The translations under genes were made by a program, and so were the position numbers. DNA of 64,000 nucleotides from an uncultured virus (IMG/VR IMGVR_UViG_3300035208_001228) (taxonomy: Duplodnaviria; Heunggongvirae; Uroviricota; Caudoviricetes), in IMG/VR virus record IMGVR_UViG_3300035208_001228; one strand, given 5' to 3'. Shown piece by piece: positions 40,207-50,588 of the stretch. The stretch's first letter is position 1. Each line of letters opens with the position of its first letter. The notes beneath the pieces were generated by a model. It had not been told where the DNA came from and did no database searches. It saw only the letters and a list, made by a program, of their open reading frames with translations.

Positions 40207-40649
40207 GCACAGATGGGGGTGAAGCCGTACTTCTCGCAAAGACGGTAGGGATAAACAGGACCACGCGGGTCGAAGATCGTTCCGCGTTCGTAAGCCACAG
40301 CGTGTCCGGCCGCGTTTGTGTGTCCGGTAATGACGCCGCGTGTGCGTTCAACAATCCGCCGGAACCTCGCCATTGCCGCTTCCTCGCTCCCACCGTACAC
40401 AATGGTGTACGATGGAACGGTGAAGGCAGGGGCGTGGCGAGGGAACATCTCGAATGGCGTCACCGCACAGCCGCCCCGGCTCGCCGCATCAATGCACTCT
40501 TGGACGTGGAAACCTCGGCGTCGCATCGGGTCTTTCAGCGTTGGCCAGATGATTTCACTGCCGTCGTGGCCAATGTGTTTGATGAAGTCAGCGACATCTA
40601 TGCCAAGAACTATTGCAAAGGCAGTAGGTAAGCACGACCAATTGTTCAT
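40191..40649 (-). CDS. Papain-like/C39-like peptidase
   Basis: WSCLPTAFA, GHAVAY, IFDP. Confidence 0.5.
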   Translation of the reverse strand: MNNWSCLPTAFAIVLGIDVADFIKHIGHDGSEIIWPTLKDPMRRRGFHVQECIDAASRGGCAVTPFEMFPRHAPAFTVPSYTIVYGGSEEAAMARFRRIVERTRGVITGHTNAAGHAVAYERGTIFDPRGPVYPYRLCEKYGFTPICAWSIT

Positions 40650-41023
40650 TCAATTTCCTCAAGTAGTTTGTCGATGTCTGCTCGCGTTGGCAGTTTCCAG
40701 CTTTCCTTCACAAAGCTGCGCCAATTAGGCGGTGCGAATAGTTTGTCGTACTCTTCCTGAGTTGCTGCCGTGAGAATCCAAACGCCCAATCCAAACGACT
40801 CCCAGCGGGGCCACTTCCACTTCTGCGCCGTTGTGAAGGAGTACCGACCGGGGTTCTTCACGTCGATCCAGCGGCTGCCCCATTTCGGATGGTGTATGAA
40901 GATGTCCGGCAGACCCTGCTGGTACGCGTTGCCAATTAGGCGCTCGACGAGCCAGCCACGGGCGCGAAGGAACTCGATGAGGGCTGTCTGTATTTTGAAC
41001 TCTGGTCCGTGCTTACTTCGCAT
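40646..41023 (-). CDS. VRR-NUC-like nuclease
   Basis: EFKIQ, GLPD, WIDVK, Q. Confidence 0.75.
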   Translation of the reverse strand: MRSKHGPEFKIQTALIEFLRARGWLVERLIGNAYQQGLPDIFIHHPKWGSRWIDVKNPGRYSFTTAQKWKWPRWESFGLGVWILTAATQEEYDKLFAPPNWRSFVKESWKLPTRADIDKLLEEIE

Positions 41024-42924
41024 TTAGTGTTCGATCGGATAGAAGCCCAAAGAGAGCAGAACGCATAAGCTGCTTGAAGCGGGACCACTCCGTTTCCAAG
41101 CAGCCGGAACCACTCGGTTCGGGCCAGCCCATTAACCAGCCCATTAACCAGCCCACAAACACCGGGTTCAATCGCAGGCCAGAGGTGTCTTGGGACTTGG
41201 CCCCAGTCTCCATCTGGTCCAGGCGGGAAGAGACGGACACGGCCACGGCACCCAGCGGCTTCTGAATCTTCCGGCCTCTTGGCGTGTAGCCGCGCTGAAG
41301 GTTGGCTTCCGCTACTCGGCGGCCGCCGTTGGGCACGTTCGCCGTCAGCCAGAGTTTGACGACTCGCTGAACCTGGAGACTTAACGCCTCGTATTTGTCT
41401 CGGCTGTTGTACTGACACCGTTCCTCGGCCCGTGGAGTCGCCCACCGCGAGAATGAAGAGTCGTTCTCGCCTGTGACTAGCGCCGACTTCCTCCGCAGTA
41501 AAGAGTCCCGCCGCAACTTCGTAACCCATTGCTTGAAGATCACTGGCGACCTGATCGAACCCGAGGCTGAGGTGGCCGGGCACGTTTTCGAGAAATACGA
41601 TTGCCGGTTCAACTTCGCTAATGATTCGATTGACGTGCGGCCAAAGGTGCCGAGGATCGCTTGATCCACCTCGCTTGCCAGCGAGTGAGAAGGGCTGACA
41701 GTTATGGACGATGGCCCCGTCTGCAATGTAGGATTCGTCCTCATCAACTGAGATGTTGTACACGGTGCCAGTGCCGCAAGGCACATTTGATCGCACTCGC
41801 TTCCATCCATACTGTCCATCAATATGGGCCGAACAGTTCCTATCAGGGATGCTGGCAGTCCAGTAGGATCGTTGATTAACAGTTCTGCCTTCAATAATGT
41901 AGGTGGCTGGTCGTTGGACAAATCGCACTCCAGCCACGACTCCGTGGCCTCTTTGGGCAAGTAGAGCAACACTGAGGGCAAGAGATTTGCTTGTTGTGAT
42001 TGCTCGGGTGAAACTTCCTCTTCCACGGGCGTTTGGTTGTCGGCAACCGTCCCCAGCAAGGTAGCCGTCAAGTAAGGCTCTGATCTTTTCTCGCGGGAGT
42101 GCAAAGACCCAACCGGGGATACATTTTCCGTAAGCAAGGCGACCGAATTGTTGGAGGAACCGGTACAGGTTTGACCTTGTAATGTGGTATTTGTTTGTGG
42201 TCCGACCTGCGTCCTTAAAAGCGTGAAATCCGGCAGCGGTGATCCCTTGTTCGAGTTCTGGTGATTTATTGGCGTTGGCGCAAATAACAACTCTTCCGCC
42301 GTTGGGTCGTCCTTTTCTGTCAACAAGCCATCCGCAGGCAAGGTATCTTCCAACAAGCCACCAGAAGGAGACGGTATGTTGGTCCTCGTCAGTTGTCTCT
42401 GGCAAGACTTGAGATAGAAAGCACCCACTGAGGTCTTTGGCAGCGACCCATTCGGGTTTGCTATCTCCTCGCTTAACATAAAACGGATGCTCATCTGTTG
42501 TGATGATGCCAGGGACTCCACCAGCTTTGACTTGTCGAAGGGAGACATTCTCTCGCCGTTTTGTGTCTGTGACAGGTCGCCACCGACCGAGGTGTGTAAG
42601 GACTTGATCTCCAACAGCCACGGACTCAATCGGGATGTATCCACGCCCGGTGAGAATGTAGGTTCCTGCTGCGAAGCACGGGTAGCCCGCAGTGATGCAA
42701 TCCACTGCTCCACGCCACGGGTGGCCATTAAAGGTTCGCAAGTCCGTCCAAATAGGCGCTTGACCCAGGCAACCCGCTTCCATCGCCTCAACCAAGTAGT
42801 TGATGGCGAAGGCTTCCCACTCCACCCAACAGACTGTGCGAATCGGGATGATAAGTTGGAGACCCAGGTCGAGTCCTGCACCGCCGGAGCATAAGCTAAT
42901 GGAACATATACCCCCATTTAACAC
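40936..42924 (-). CDS. C5-cytosine methyltransferase (main frame) with intein
   Basis: LCSGGAG, GYP|CQPFS, ENV, RRER, GNGVVP; start probably GTG 42924. Confidence 0.9.
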   Translation of the reverse strand: MLNGGICSISLCSGGAGLDLGLQLIIPIRTVCWVEWEAFAINYLVEAMEAGCLGQAPIWTDLRTFNGHPWRGAVDCITAGYPCFAAGTYILTGRGYIPIESVAVGDQVLTHLGRWRPVTDTKRRENVSLRQVKAGGVPGIITTDEHPFYVKRGDSKPEWVAAKDLSGCFLSQVLPETTDEDQHTVSFWWLVGRYLACGWLVDRKGRPNGGRVVICANANKSPELEQGITAAGFHAFKDAGRTTNKYHITRSNLYRFLQQFGRLAYGKCIPGWVFALPREKIRALLDGYLAGDGCRQPNARGRGSFTRAITTSKSLALSVALLAQRGHGVVAGVRFVQRPATYIIEGRTVNQRSYWTASIPDRNCSAHIDGQYGWKRVRSNVPCGTGTVYNISVDEDESYIADGAIVHNCQPFSLAGKRGGSSDPRHLWPHVNRIISEVEPAIVFLENVPGHLSLGFDQVASDLQAMGYEVAAGLFTAEEVGASHRRERLFILAVGDSTGRGTVSVQQPRQIRGVKSPGSASRQTLADGERAQRRPPSSGSQPSARLHAKRPEDSEAAGCRGRVRLFPPGPDGDWGQVPRHLWPAIEPGVCGLVNGLVNGLARTEWFRLLGNGVVPLQAAYAFCSLWASIRSNTKCEVSTDQSSKYRQPSSSSFAPVAGSSSA
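41013..42917 (-). CDS. Fully overlapping +1-frame ORF, putative second MTase polypeptide
   Basis: AGGAG SD 6 nt before ATG; WATP; LNPVFVGWLMGW motif IX-like; 634 codons without a stop. Confidence 0.7.
   Translation of the reverse strand: MGVYVPLAYAPAVQDSTWVSNLSSRFAQSVGWSGKPSPSTTWLRRWKRVAWVKRLFGRTCEPLMATRGVEQWIASLRATRASQQEPTFSPGVDTSRLSPWLLEIKSLHTSVGGDLSQTQNGERMSPFDKSKLVESLASSQQMSIRFMLSEEIANPNGSLPKTSVGAFYLKSCQRQLTRTNIPSPSGGLLEDTLPADGLLTEKDDPTAEELLFAPTPINHQNSNKGSPLPDFTLLRTQVGPQTNTTLQGQTCTGSSNNSVALLTENVSPVGSLHSREKRSEPYLTATLLGTVADNQTPVEEEVSPEQSQQANLLPSVLLYLPKEATESWLECDLSNDQPPTLLKAELLINDPTGLPASLIGTVRPILMDSMDGSECDQMCLAALAPCTTSQLMRTNPTLQTGPSSITVSPSHSLASEVDQAILGTFGRTSIESLAKLNRQSYFSKTCPATSASGSIRSPVIFKQWVTKLRRDSLLRRKSALVTGENDSSFSRWATPRAEERCQYNSRDKYEALSLQVQRVVKLWLTANVPNGGRRVAEANLQRGYTPRGRKIQKPLGAVAVSVSSRLDQMETGAKSQDTSGLRLNPVFVGWLMGWLMGWPEPSGSGCLETEWSRFKQLMRSALFGLLSDRTLNAK
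41701..42678 (-). mobile_element. 326-aa intein with LAGLIDADG-type endonuclease, inserted before the catalytic Cys
   Basis: CFAAGT..TDEHPF..LLDGYLAGDG..VYNISV..IVHN|C. Confidence 0.95.
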
Positions 42925-42926
42925 TC

Positions 42927-45233
42927 CTACTTTTCGGCCCAACTGCCAGCGTTTTGGAGCCAATCCATACCGATCAATGGCACCTTGTCCCGGAACGACT
43001 CGACGCCTTCCTTGACAGTGTCTCTGACACGGTCGCTGAGTGTAGGCTGGTGGACGGTCAGCAACTCGTCGTGGACCTGCATGATCGCCACTTGCCAGTC
43101 ATTGACACCAGCCGGCTGCAAGTCCCACACGCGGCGCTGTACGGCCTTGGTAATCGCGGCACCGAAGCCCTGAATCACATGGTTGCCGGCCGACCGCATG
43201 GAGGCTGCCTGAATGGCGAACGCGGCCCCGTAAAGTGCGCTGGCGACCGCGCCACCGGCCGTCTGCACGCGATCACGTCGCATGACCTTGACCGGGCAGT
43301 CCTTCCACTCGCGCGGCGGTCTTCGAGCTAACTCGAAGAGTGCTGCACAGATTTTATTCTCAAGGGTGTAGTAACGGCGGAACCCGAGGGCGGTCTCGAT
43401 GTACTCGGCCGGCTCGCTCCAGACAACCTGGCTGCCGATGCCGCCAGGCTGGGACATGGAGCAGAACATCTTGAAGATTTTCTGCCGACAGGCTTCGACG
43501 ACTGGGTATCGTTTGGCGAAGTCCGCATAGGCCGCCTTGGCACGCTCCTCGGTCACGCCAAGTTTGGCGACCAACGTCTGCCAGTTGCCGCCATACAGCA
43601 TAGCGAAGATGCCACGCTTTCCCTTGTCGTACCAATCGTCTTTCGACTTGGCCGAGGCAAGCACCTGCTCGTAGGTCAGACCGGACAGCTTTGCTCCAAA
43701 TTGGGCGTGAATCTTCCAGCCGGATTCAAGGTCGCGTCGAAGATTAGGATCGTTGTAGACCGCGTCCGCGAGTGTCACCTCGAACGAGGAAAAGTCGCCA
43801 AGACTAAGCTGTTTCCCTTCCCACGCCAGGGGGAACTGTCGGCGTACTTCTTGCGACCGCTTGACACCCATCGCGTTCAAGCCGTCAGCCCCGGCCATGC
43901 GGCCGGACAGTGAACCAATGACCACGAAACTGGCGTGGAACTTGCCCGCCCGCCGCAGCTTGCGGTACAACTCCACTTCCTTGGCGGCGAACTTGACATC
44001 CAGCACCTCTTGGGCTCGCTTGGCCGCCGGATGCTTCCCCGGCGTGCTGCACCGCAGGCAGCCGGCCCCGTCGCATTTCGAGCACACCTCGTCGCCGATC
44101 TGCCAGTCGGCGACGGCCAGCAGGTTGGCCTTCTTGGTGCTCTCTTCTAAGACAAGACGCTCCATGTCATCCATGCACTCGTAGATGTATGAGCGCACAT
44201 TAGATGGCTTGTTGATGTTGACCGGCGAGGCGGCGACCACAGCCTTCGCCTGTGTTTCAAGTTGCTCGACACCTGGAAGATCAATCTTGAAGCCGTGCCA
44301 CCGGACGGCGGCGACCATGCACGCCAGGACCGAGTCGTCGTCATCTGGCTCAGGCTTGCCGAAGTATTCGTCGAGTTCGCGGGTGTAGACAATGTCGTCG
44401 CGCGCGTACTCGCGCGCAGGTCCATTCGAGTGCCAATGGTCAATGTGGTGCTGAACAACGCCGGGCCAGGTCTTGCCGACTTCCTTGCCGTCCTTATGAA
44501 CACCCCAATCAGGCCCGTGCGAAATGGCCAAGGCGGTCGGAGCATACCCCAATTCCTTGGGCAGATATTTCCGGTCAAGTTCGACATCCTCGAAGTGGTA
44601 CTTCGGCTTGTGGCCAAGAACATACTCGGCCAGGAACTTGAGACCGGACGCTGCACTGAACCGCAGCACTACGTCCTTGAAGTTCGTGTCGAACTCGCCG
44701 TCGTGGTTCTTCCTATCAAATACCTGCCAATGAGGCGCATCCCTATCGGCGCGCTTGGCGAAGTAGATGCCGTCGATCTGGATGCGGCTCTCTAGCTCAT
44801 GTGCGAGCACGTACGCCAACGCGGTCGGCACACGCTTAATCCTGATGTCGTCGCGCGCCATCAACGATTGGAACGGCCCCTTACGGGCATGAAGCATCAG
44901 GTCGAGACAACTACGTGGACGCAGACAAGGGCCGTTTTGCGCCTCTGGCTCAAGGGCGGCAATCTCATCAATGTGCTGCTCGGGAATCCAATCACGCGGG
45001 CACAGCCGAAACGTCGTATAGCATTTGCACAACATGAACATGTCGAACGCGGCATTGAAGAACACAACCGTGTGCTTCAGAAACCACTCGATCAGGTCCA
45101 GTGTATCGCCTATCGGCCGCTTCCAAGGTTCATACAGAACAATGTCACCGCCTTCCACCACGTACTGGAATAGTACCGGCATCCCGTGAAGACCGCAGGT
45201 TTCTGTATCCAGTATGAGCCTGGGGGGCGCCAT
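42927..45233 (-). CDS. polA: Family A DNA polymerase with 3'-5' exonuclease
   Basis: DTET, FNAAFD, YARDD, DFSSFE, K...F..LYG, QVHDE. Confidence 0.92.
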   Translation of the reverse strand: MAPPRLILDTETCGLHGMPVLFQYVVEGGDIVLYEPWKRPIGDTLDLIEWFLKHTVVFFNAAFDMFMLCKCYTTFRLCPRDWIPEQHIDEIAALEPEAQNGPCLRPRSCLDLMLHARKGPFQSLMARDDIRIKRVPTALAYVLAHELESRIQIDGIYFAKRADRDAPHWQVFDRKNHDGEFDTNFKDVVLRFSAASGLKFLAEYVLGHKPKYHFEDVELDRKYLPKELGYAPTALAISHGPDWGVHKDGKEVGKTWPGVVQHHIDHWHSNGPAREYARDDIVYTRELDEYFGKPEPDDDDSVLACMVAAVRWHGFKIDLPGVEQLETQAKAVVAASPVNINKPSNVRSYIYECMDDMERLVLEESTKKANLLAVADWQIGDEVCSKCDGAGCLRCSTPGKHPAAKRAQEVLDVKFAAKEVELYRKLRRAGKFHASFVVIGSLSGRMAGADGLNAMGVKRSQEVRRQFPLAWEGKQLSLGDFSSFEVTLADAVYNDPNLRRDLESGWKIHAQFGAKLSGLTYEQVLASAKSKDDWYDKGKRGIFAMLYGGNWQTLVAKLGVTEERAKAAYADFAKRYPVVEACRQKIFKMFCSMSQPGGIGSQVVWSEPAEYIETALGFRRYYTLENKICAALFELARRPPREWKDCPVKVMRRDRVQTAGGAVASALYGAAFAIQAASMRSAGNHVIQGFGAAITKAVQRRVWDLQPAGVNDWQVAIMQVHDELLTVHQPTLSDRVRDTVKEGVESFRDKVPLIGMDWLQNAGSWAEK

Positions 45234-46605
45234 ATTCACAGCCACCTCCAAATACGACAGTGTCGGATGGCGGAAATCGTAACCTCAGACACTTGACAAT
45301 TCTGACAATTACTGTCTATGAATCGTATCCTCGTCTCAACAGGCTTTCCGGCGAGTTGGCAAACGACAATGGCGAAGTATCTGCGTTTCCGTATCTGGAA
45401 CGCGACACCCATCGCAACTAGTGCGTCGTAAAACTGGTCATCGACGATCGCGTACTTGCCCTGCGTCAGCCGTACACAGCCCATCGACGGGAGGACTATC
45501 TCGGCTCCCATCACACGTCGCAGTGTCGTGCATGGCACGACCACTCCGCTGAAGTCCAACACCCCTATCTCACCGCGTCGCCGATATGCGCGATACATAG
45601 CAACATGACTCTCGAAGGCCGGCACCTCGGGATAGAGTGGGCATGTTGGGTCATGCCACCGGCCTGGATGAACGCGGAACTTAATCGCCATCAACTACCC
45701 TCAGCAGTTCCTCGACCTCACGGCAGGCTTCATTCCATCGAATGCTCTGGCTGGATGTCATCAGTTCAGTGTTCTTCGCAAGCCCGTAGTCGTTCAACGT
45801 GCGGAGCACCTTCAATGCTCGCTGCCCTGGCCCGAACGCCCTGAGGAGTTCCATGCAGAAGGCGATTGCCATCTTTCCTTGCTCGGACTCGGGATCGAAT
45901 GGAGCAAGTCGCGTGCTAGGGTCCACACGCTTGACGATGTCTTCGCAGACTTTGACAAGTTCAAGTGGCGTCATTGCTTCCTCTTGGTGAAGGTGCAGAT
46001 GATCTCCTCGCCCTCGGCCACAGGGCCGAGATGTTCGAGAATGCGATGCTCGATGGCATGGAGCGGGTCAAGGGTGCAAAAGTTCTCCCGCGTGAAGCAA
46101 AGACAGCAGGCAGGGTCAGCCCCCACGAGGAAGGTGATCCGCGTGTTCTCCTGCAATTCGAGATGGCTGATGTAGCCCTCCATCAGCCTGCAACAGAGCG
46201 AGGCACTGACACGCCGATACCAGAGTGCTGTCCAGAGAGCAGCGGCCTTGCGCGCGATAACCTCGGTCGTGTGGCCAATATCAATGTAACCATACGTGTC
46301 CGAGAAGCCCCAACCATAGAGACCGGCCATCATGGCGTCAGTGACAGGCCCCGCACCGTCCGCAAGTTTGTCACCCTGCGTTACAGTGACCCCGTACTTC
46401 TTGAGGACCGCTTCATAGTCCCAGGCGTCAGGAATACCGTCCTTCCAATCGTCGAGAAGGCTGATGCCAAGCGCATCCCCGACAAACTCGCGTCCCCTCT
46501 GGCTTTCCAGAAAAGTCTCCAACCGCGTCTCCACTTCCCAGCAGTTGTTGCACCGCTTGGTGCCGAGATAAGGTGTCGGCTTGCCGCAGATTTCGCAGGG
46601 GATGG

Positions 46606-46794
46606 TCATCGGTTGGGTGGTAAACATTCTTCAACGCCTCCGATGGTGTTGTAGAGATCGAAGAGGGCCTGTTCCAACGCGATAACCCTTCCGGCACGTA
46701 CCTTGATCTTGTCACGGCAGCATTTCTTGACCTTCTTGCCGCTGCCGCATGGGCACTGCGCATTTCGGCCGGGTGTCTTTTCCTTACGGATCAT
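46606..46794 (-). CDS. SEC-C motif protein
   Basis: GRNAQCPCGSGKKVKKCC. Confidence 0.8.
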   Translation of the reverse strand: MIRKEKTPGRNAQCPCGSGKKVKKCCRDKIKVRAGRVIALEQALFDLYNTIGGVEECLPPNR

Positions 46795-47105
46795 TCTTCT
46801 CGCTCTCCTAAAGTGACAAGAGTGTCGAACGCGGTCCAACGTGCGCTGATCGCGTTCTCCAAGTGGCGTGCAATCTGATTCAGCCGCCTTGCACGGGTGC
46901 CGCACCCCTCGCCCGGCACCTCGACATAGTCCTCGTAGCACTCAAGTTCCACCTCAAGCGCGAGGGCGTAGGACTTCCAGGCTTCGCGGCAGGCGTCCAC
47001 GGATGTCGTGGCCAACGTAGCGATCCAATAAAGAACAACGATGAGAATGCCGAAAATGACAGTCATTAGGCGGTCCTACAGTAGTGTGATGGGTTGTTCT
47101 ACTAC

Positions 47106-47135
47106 TAGGACAACTGAACCGGCAATGCGCAGGCA
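47106..47135 (-). promoter_or_regulatory. Putative phage-sigma promoter, copy 3
   Basis: TGCCTGCG-N12-AGTTGTCCTA. Confidence 0.65.
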
Positions 47136-48435
47136 TTATTCCGATGGAATTCTGTCCAATTCGGGATTCTGGGCTTCAGATACGACGGTCAACGCCTCGC
47201 GTTTGACTTGATCCATCGTTAATTCCCATCCCTCAAACCGGCCAGCGACGGCCTTGGTGAGCGCCTCCACGAGGCGTTGTGCGGTGAGCAGCATCGCGGA
47301 CTTGCACAGCAGCTCCCCACGCTTGTATTTTGCAGTCTCAATGGACGCGTTGATCTTGGCGATGCGAGTCATGCACTCGGCCGCAAATAGCCCCTGATTG
47401 TTGTTCAAGGCTTCGCCGGCTAACATTCGCAATGCCGCGATCTCGTATTCCAGCCCGTTGGGATTCTCCATCGACACCAGTTCTTCCAGGCGTCGGGCAC
47501 GTTCCGCATCGAGCAATTCGTAGGGATTCTTAATCATAGAACCACGTGCGTCCTTGTCTGTCCGTTCCACACCAACTTGCCATCCTGCACGTATCAGGAA
47601 CCGCAGGTGCTTTGCTCATGCTAGGAAAACGTTCTACGACAGAGTTCTTCACGAACCCAAGAGGTCGTGTCTGTGGCGGTTTCCCTCCGGCCGGAAGCAC
47701 GTAGTAATACGGGCCTGCCGGATAGTGCAACAGCCACAGCGGGACGACTGTCGGGCTGCCTGTATGCAAACGATTCAGTTGCTCAATCCGCGTCTTGACA
47801 CACTTGAGACCAAACGGCTGCGACACAGGCAGTATCCGGCCAATCGACCATTCGACACGCTCGATGGGCTCCAAACTCAGCGCAGCCAATTCACACAACC
47901 ACGCTGCCCAAGGTGCGCGGCTGATCTCTCTCAAGTCGAGGAAGGGCTTCCACACAGGCTTGTTCGTGATTAGACCCAGCGAAATCAATCGCGGGACGGC
48001 AGGGGTCCGAGGATCAGCCAACTCGAACACCTGATACTGTGCAGTCTCCAACACCAGCTTCTGCTTGCGCAGACGCGCGCGCTCGCGCTTCTTCAGGCGG
48101 TAGTCGGGATGCCGTTCGTAGAATCGTTTTGCTTTCGCGCGATTGCTTTCAACTGACATGCTGCAAACCGCAATTCGTCGTCGGTGGCGATCTCGATCAG
48201 CCCGGGTGGAAACTTTACGGAGACGCTGCCATCGGTGTGGCGCCGCACCATGTCTTTCGTAATCTTGATGACCTCGAACAACTCGCCTTCACGCCAGTGC
48301 TCAATTTCGATCATAGCAATGGATAGCCTTGTTGGCTTGTGATACACCGCGTGCCAATAACGATTACGGCACGTAGGTGAACAGAGTCGATGGTTCGACT
48401 GCAACGAGATGAACTCCGCCCGCAATGAATACATT

Positions 48436-49719
48436 TCATAGTGGCCCGACTTCCCGCCCACGGTCAATCTTGTAGCGGTGTGGACCTTTCTTCTCGTCTG
48501 GCGTCTTCAACTTGATCGGCAGCCGCCAACTAACACCGTACTTGTTGTGCATTCCCATGAGGAGTTGGCACGGTTCCCGATACCCAGATAACTGGTTGTA
48601 GGCGAACTGATCTGTGCCGGGCCATGCCCCGTTGTAAATGGCTTCACCGTCCATGTCAGAGAGTGATGCGCTGACATGGTGGTGTCCGCGCAAGTAGTAC
48701 CGGAGCCGTTGACCACCCTGGATGCTGTTAATGGCGATTAGGTTCTTCTGCTTCCGTTGCATAGCGTAGAAAGGCATCCCGCCATTTGATCCCACGTCGT
48801 CGCCGTGGCTCACATTGACACCAATGCCGTTGATGTCGAGGTTGACAGACCAGGAATTTGGGATGAACCAGCTTACGTTGCGGATATTCCGGCATTGAAC
48901 CCGCGCGATTTCCGCGATCAAATAGTCGAAGTTCTCTTGGCTGCCATGAAAATCCTTCTTCGGTGTCGTGCGTCCGTGATTTCCCGACACGCACACCACA
49001 TTGACTTGTCCGAAATGAGGAGCCAAATCACGCACCATGAAGCTGAACAACGTACCGATCGCCGATGAGTTCTGAAACTGATTGCGATAGTAGGACCGTT
49101 CTGCGGCTCCATGAATCGTGCCGCTGCTCAAGTCCCCGTACACAAGCATCCAGAGCACAGGGAAGTCGAAGCTATGTGCGAGCGTATTCTGCGTCCAGTC
49201 AATCGTGGATTCAATCAGATGCTCCGCACGCCTACAAGCAATCGGGAAATTGAACTCCTCGATTCCGCCGACTTCCTCGGGGCGCACTACTGCATCAGCG
49301 TGCCAATCACTCAGATTCAGAACACAATGCTCCGTGATCCGGCTCCGCCTGCCCGGTCGATAGGCAGTGGGCAATGCGGTTATTGGCTGTACCCGGCTAT
49401 CCATCTCTTTAACGATGGCACGGAACAGACCGCCGACCTTCGCCCCCGCTTTAACACGTGCGTTGGAGCGGTTGCGCTCGTCGGTCAGATGGACGATCTC
49501 CTCCTCCAACTCCACTATGCGGGCGTTGGTAGGGTCGTGCTTAGCCTCTTTCACCTTCTTGCGTCCGATCGTCAGACCCACAGTCGCATGGACGCGCCCG
49601 GTGGCAATATCCGAAATCAGCGAGCGGCTCACACCATGATCCGCAGCAATTTGGCACTGCGTACGCACGTGGTGGCTCAAAGCGTCCTTGATGTCGCGCA
49701 CCTCAGAATCTGACAGCAT
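48436..49719 (-). CDS. HTH plus metallophosphoesterase protein
   Basis: QIAADHGVSRSLISDI; SDWH, GD, GNHG, HGD, GHHH. Confidence 0.8.
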   Translation of the reverse strand: MLSDSEVRDIKDALSHHVRTQCQIAADHGVSRSLISDIATGRVHATVGLTIGRKKVKEAKHDPTNARIVELEEEIVHLTDERNRSNARVKAGAKVGGLFRAIVKEMDSRVQPITALPTAYRPGRRSRITEHCVLNLSDWHADAVVRPEEVGGIEEFNFPIACRRAEHLIESTIDWTQNTLAHSFDFPVLWMLVYGDLSSGTIHGAAERSYYRNQFQNSSAIGTLFSFMVRDLAPHFGQVNVVCVSGNHGRTTPKKDFHGSQENFDYLIAEIARVQCRNIRNVSWFIPNSWSVNLDINGIGVNVSHGDDVGSNGGMPFYAMQRKQKNLIAINSIQGGQRLRYYLRGHHHVSASLSDMDGEAIYNGAWPGTDQFAYNQLSGYREPCQLLMGMHNKYGVSWRLPIKLKTPDEKKGPHRYKIDRGREVGPL

Positions 49720-50588
49720 TATTTTGAGCCTCCGGGGGACAGCGGGGTCAGCGGAACGGTTCCCGCGTCGTTCTCAGGTGGGGTATCAGTCAATTTTACT
49801 GGGAGCCGGACCACAGCCGTAGGAACAGGAACAGCAGGGTCGATCGCCCACAAGACACCCATCTTTGCTGCCCATGCGCGCAAACGACGCATGGGCACAA
49901 TCATGTTCAGGCCAGGCCCAGCCCCACGAACTAGCAGTCCTATACACCGGCCGTCATAACTGTAGACGCCGCCGCCACTGCTCCCTGGGTAGCCCATGCA
50001 CGATGTCTGTTCAAACGACTTTGGCAAACCCGTTAAGAAGCGGTCGGTCTGTGATACTATGCCGAGGCTGGTGCTGTTATACAGACCTAGTGTGCAACCG
50101 ACATGGATCAACGGCGTCCCAACAGGTAGCACCGCCGTGGCACCGAAGACGGCTGACACGCTGGTCCAATTCGGTACGTTAATCTCAAGAAGGGCCAGGT
50201 CGTCGCCGCGCTCAGGGTCGGAGTAGGAAATTACTGTCGCCGATACTGTCCGCGTGCCTGTAAGCAACCCACCCTGTCGTAACTCTTGGATAACCGTAAC
50301 ATCGCGGAATGTTCCATTAGGTTTTTGGCCCCGTTTAACGACGTGTCCTGCGGTCCAAACATACGTGTGCAGCTCCTTGCCTAGACGGCGTGTCACAAGG
50401 ACACCTGTACCTCGACCGCCGCCGGTATCCACTAGCACGGTGATGCTTTGCAGCACGCTGAAAGTCTCTTGCGTGACACCGCACGGCGACTTCAAGGTGA
50501 CACCGACGTTCACGCCAGTGGACAGGACAAATACCAACATTGCTGCGACAATCACTGACGCTAGCACAGATCGAAGCATCGTTTTCAT
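49719..50588 (-). CDS. Secreted trypsin-like serine protease
   Basis: TAGHV, DLALL, PGSSGGG. Confidence 0.88.
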   Translation of the reverse strand: MKTMLRSVLASVIVAAMLVFVLSTGVNVGVTLKSPCGVTQETFSVLQSITVLVDTGGGRGTGVLVTRRLGKELHTYVWTAGHVVKRGQKPNGTFRDVTVIQELRQGGLLTGTRTVSATVISYSDPERGDDLALLEINVPNWTSVSAVFGATAVLPVGTPLIHVGCTLGLYNSTSLGIVSQTDRFLTGLPKSFEQTSCMGYPGSSGGGVYSYDGRCIGLLVRGAGPGLNMIVPMRRLRAWAAKMGVLWAIDPAVPVPTAVVRLPVKLTDTPPENDAGTVPLTPLSPGGSK

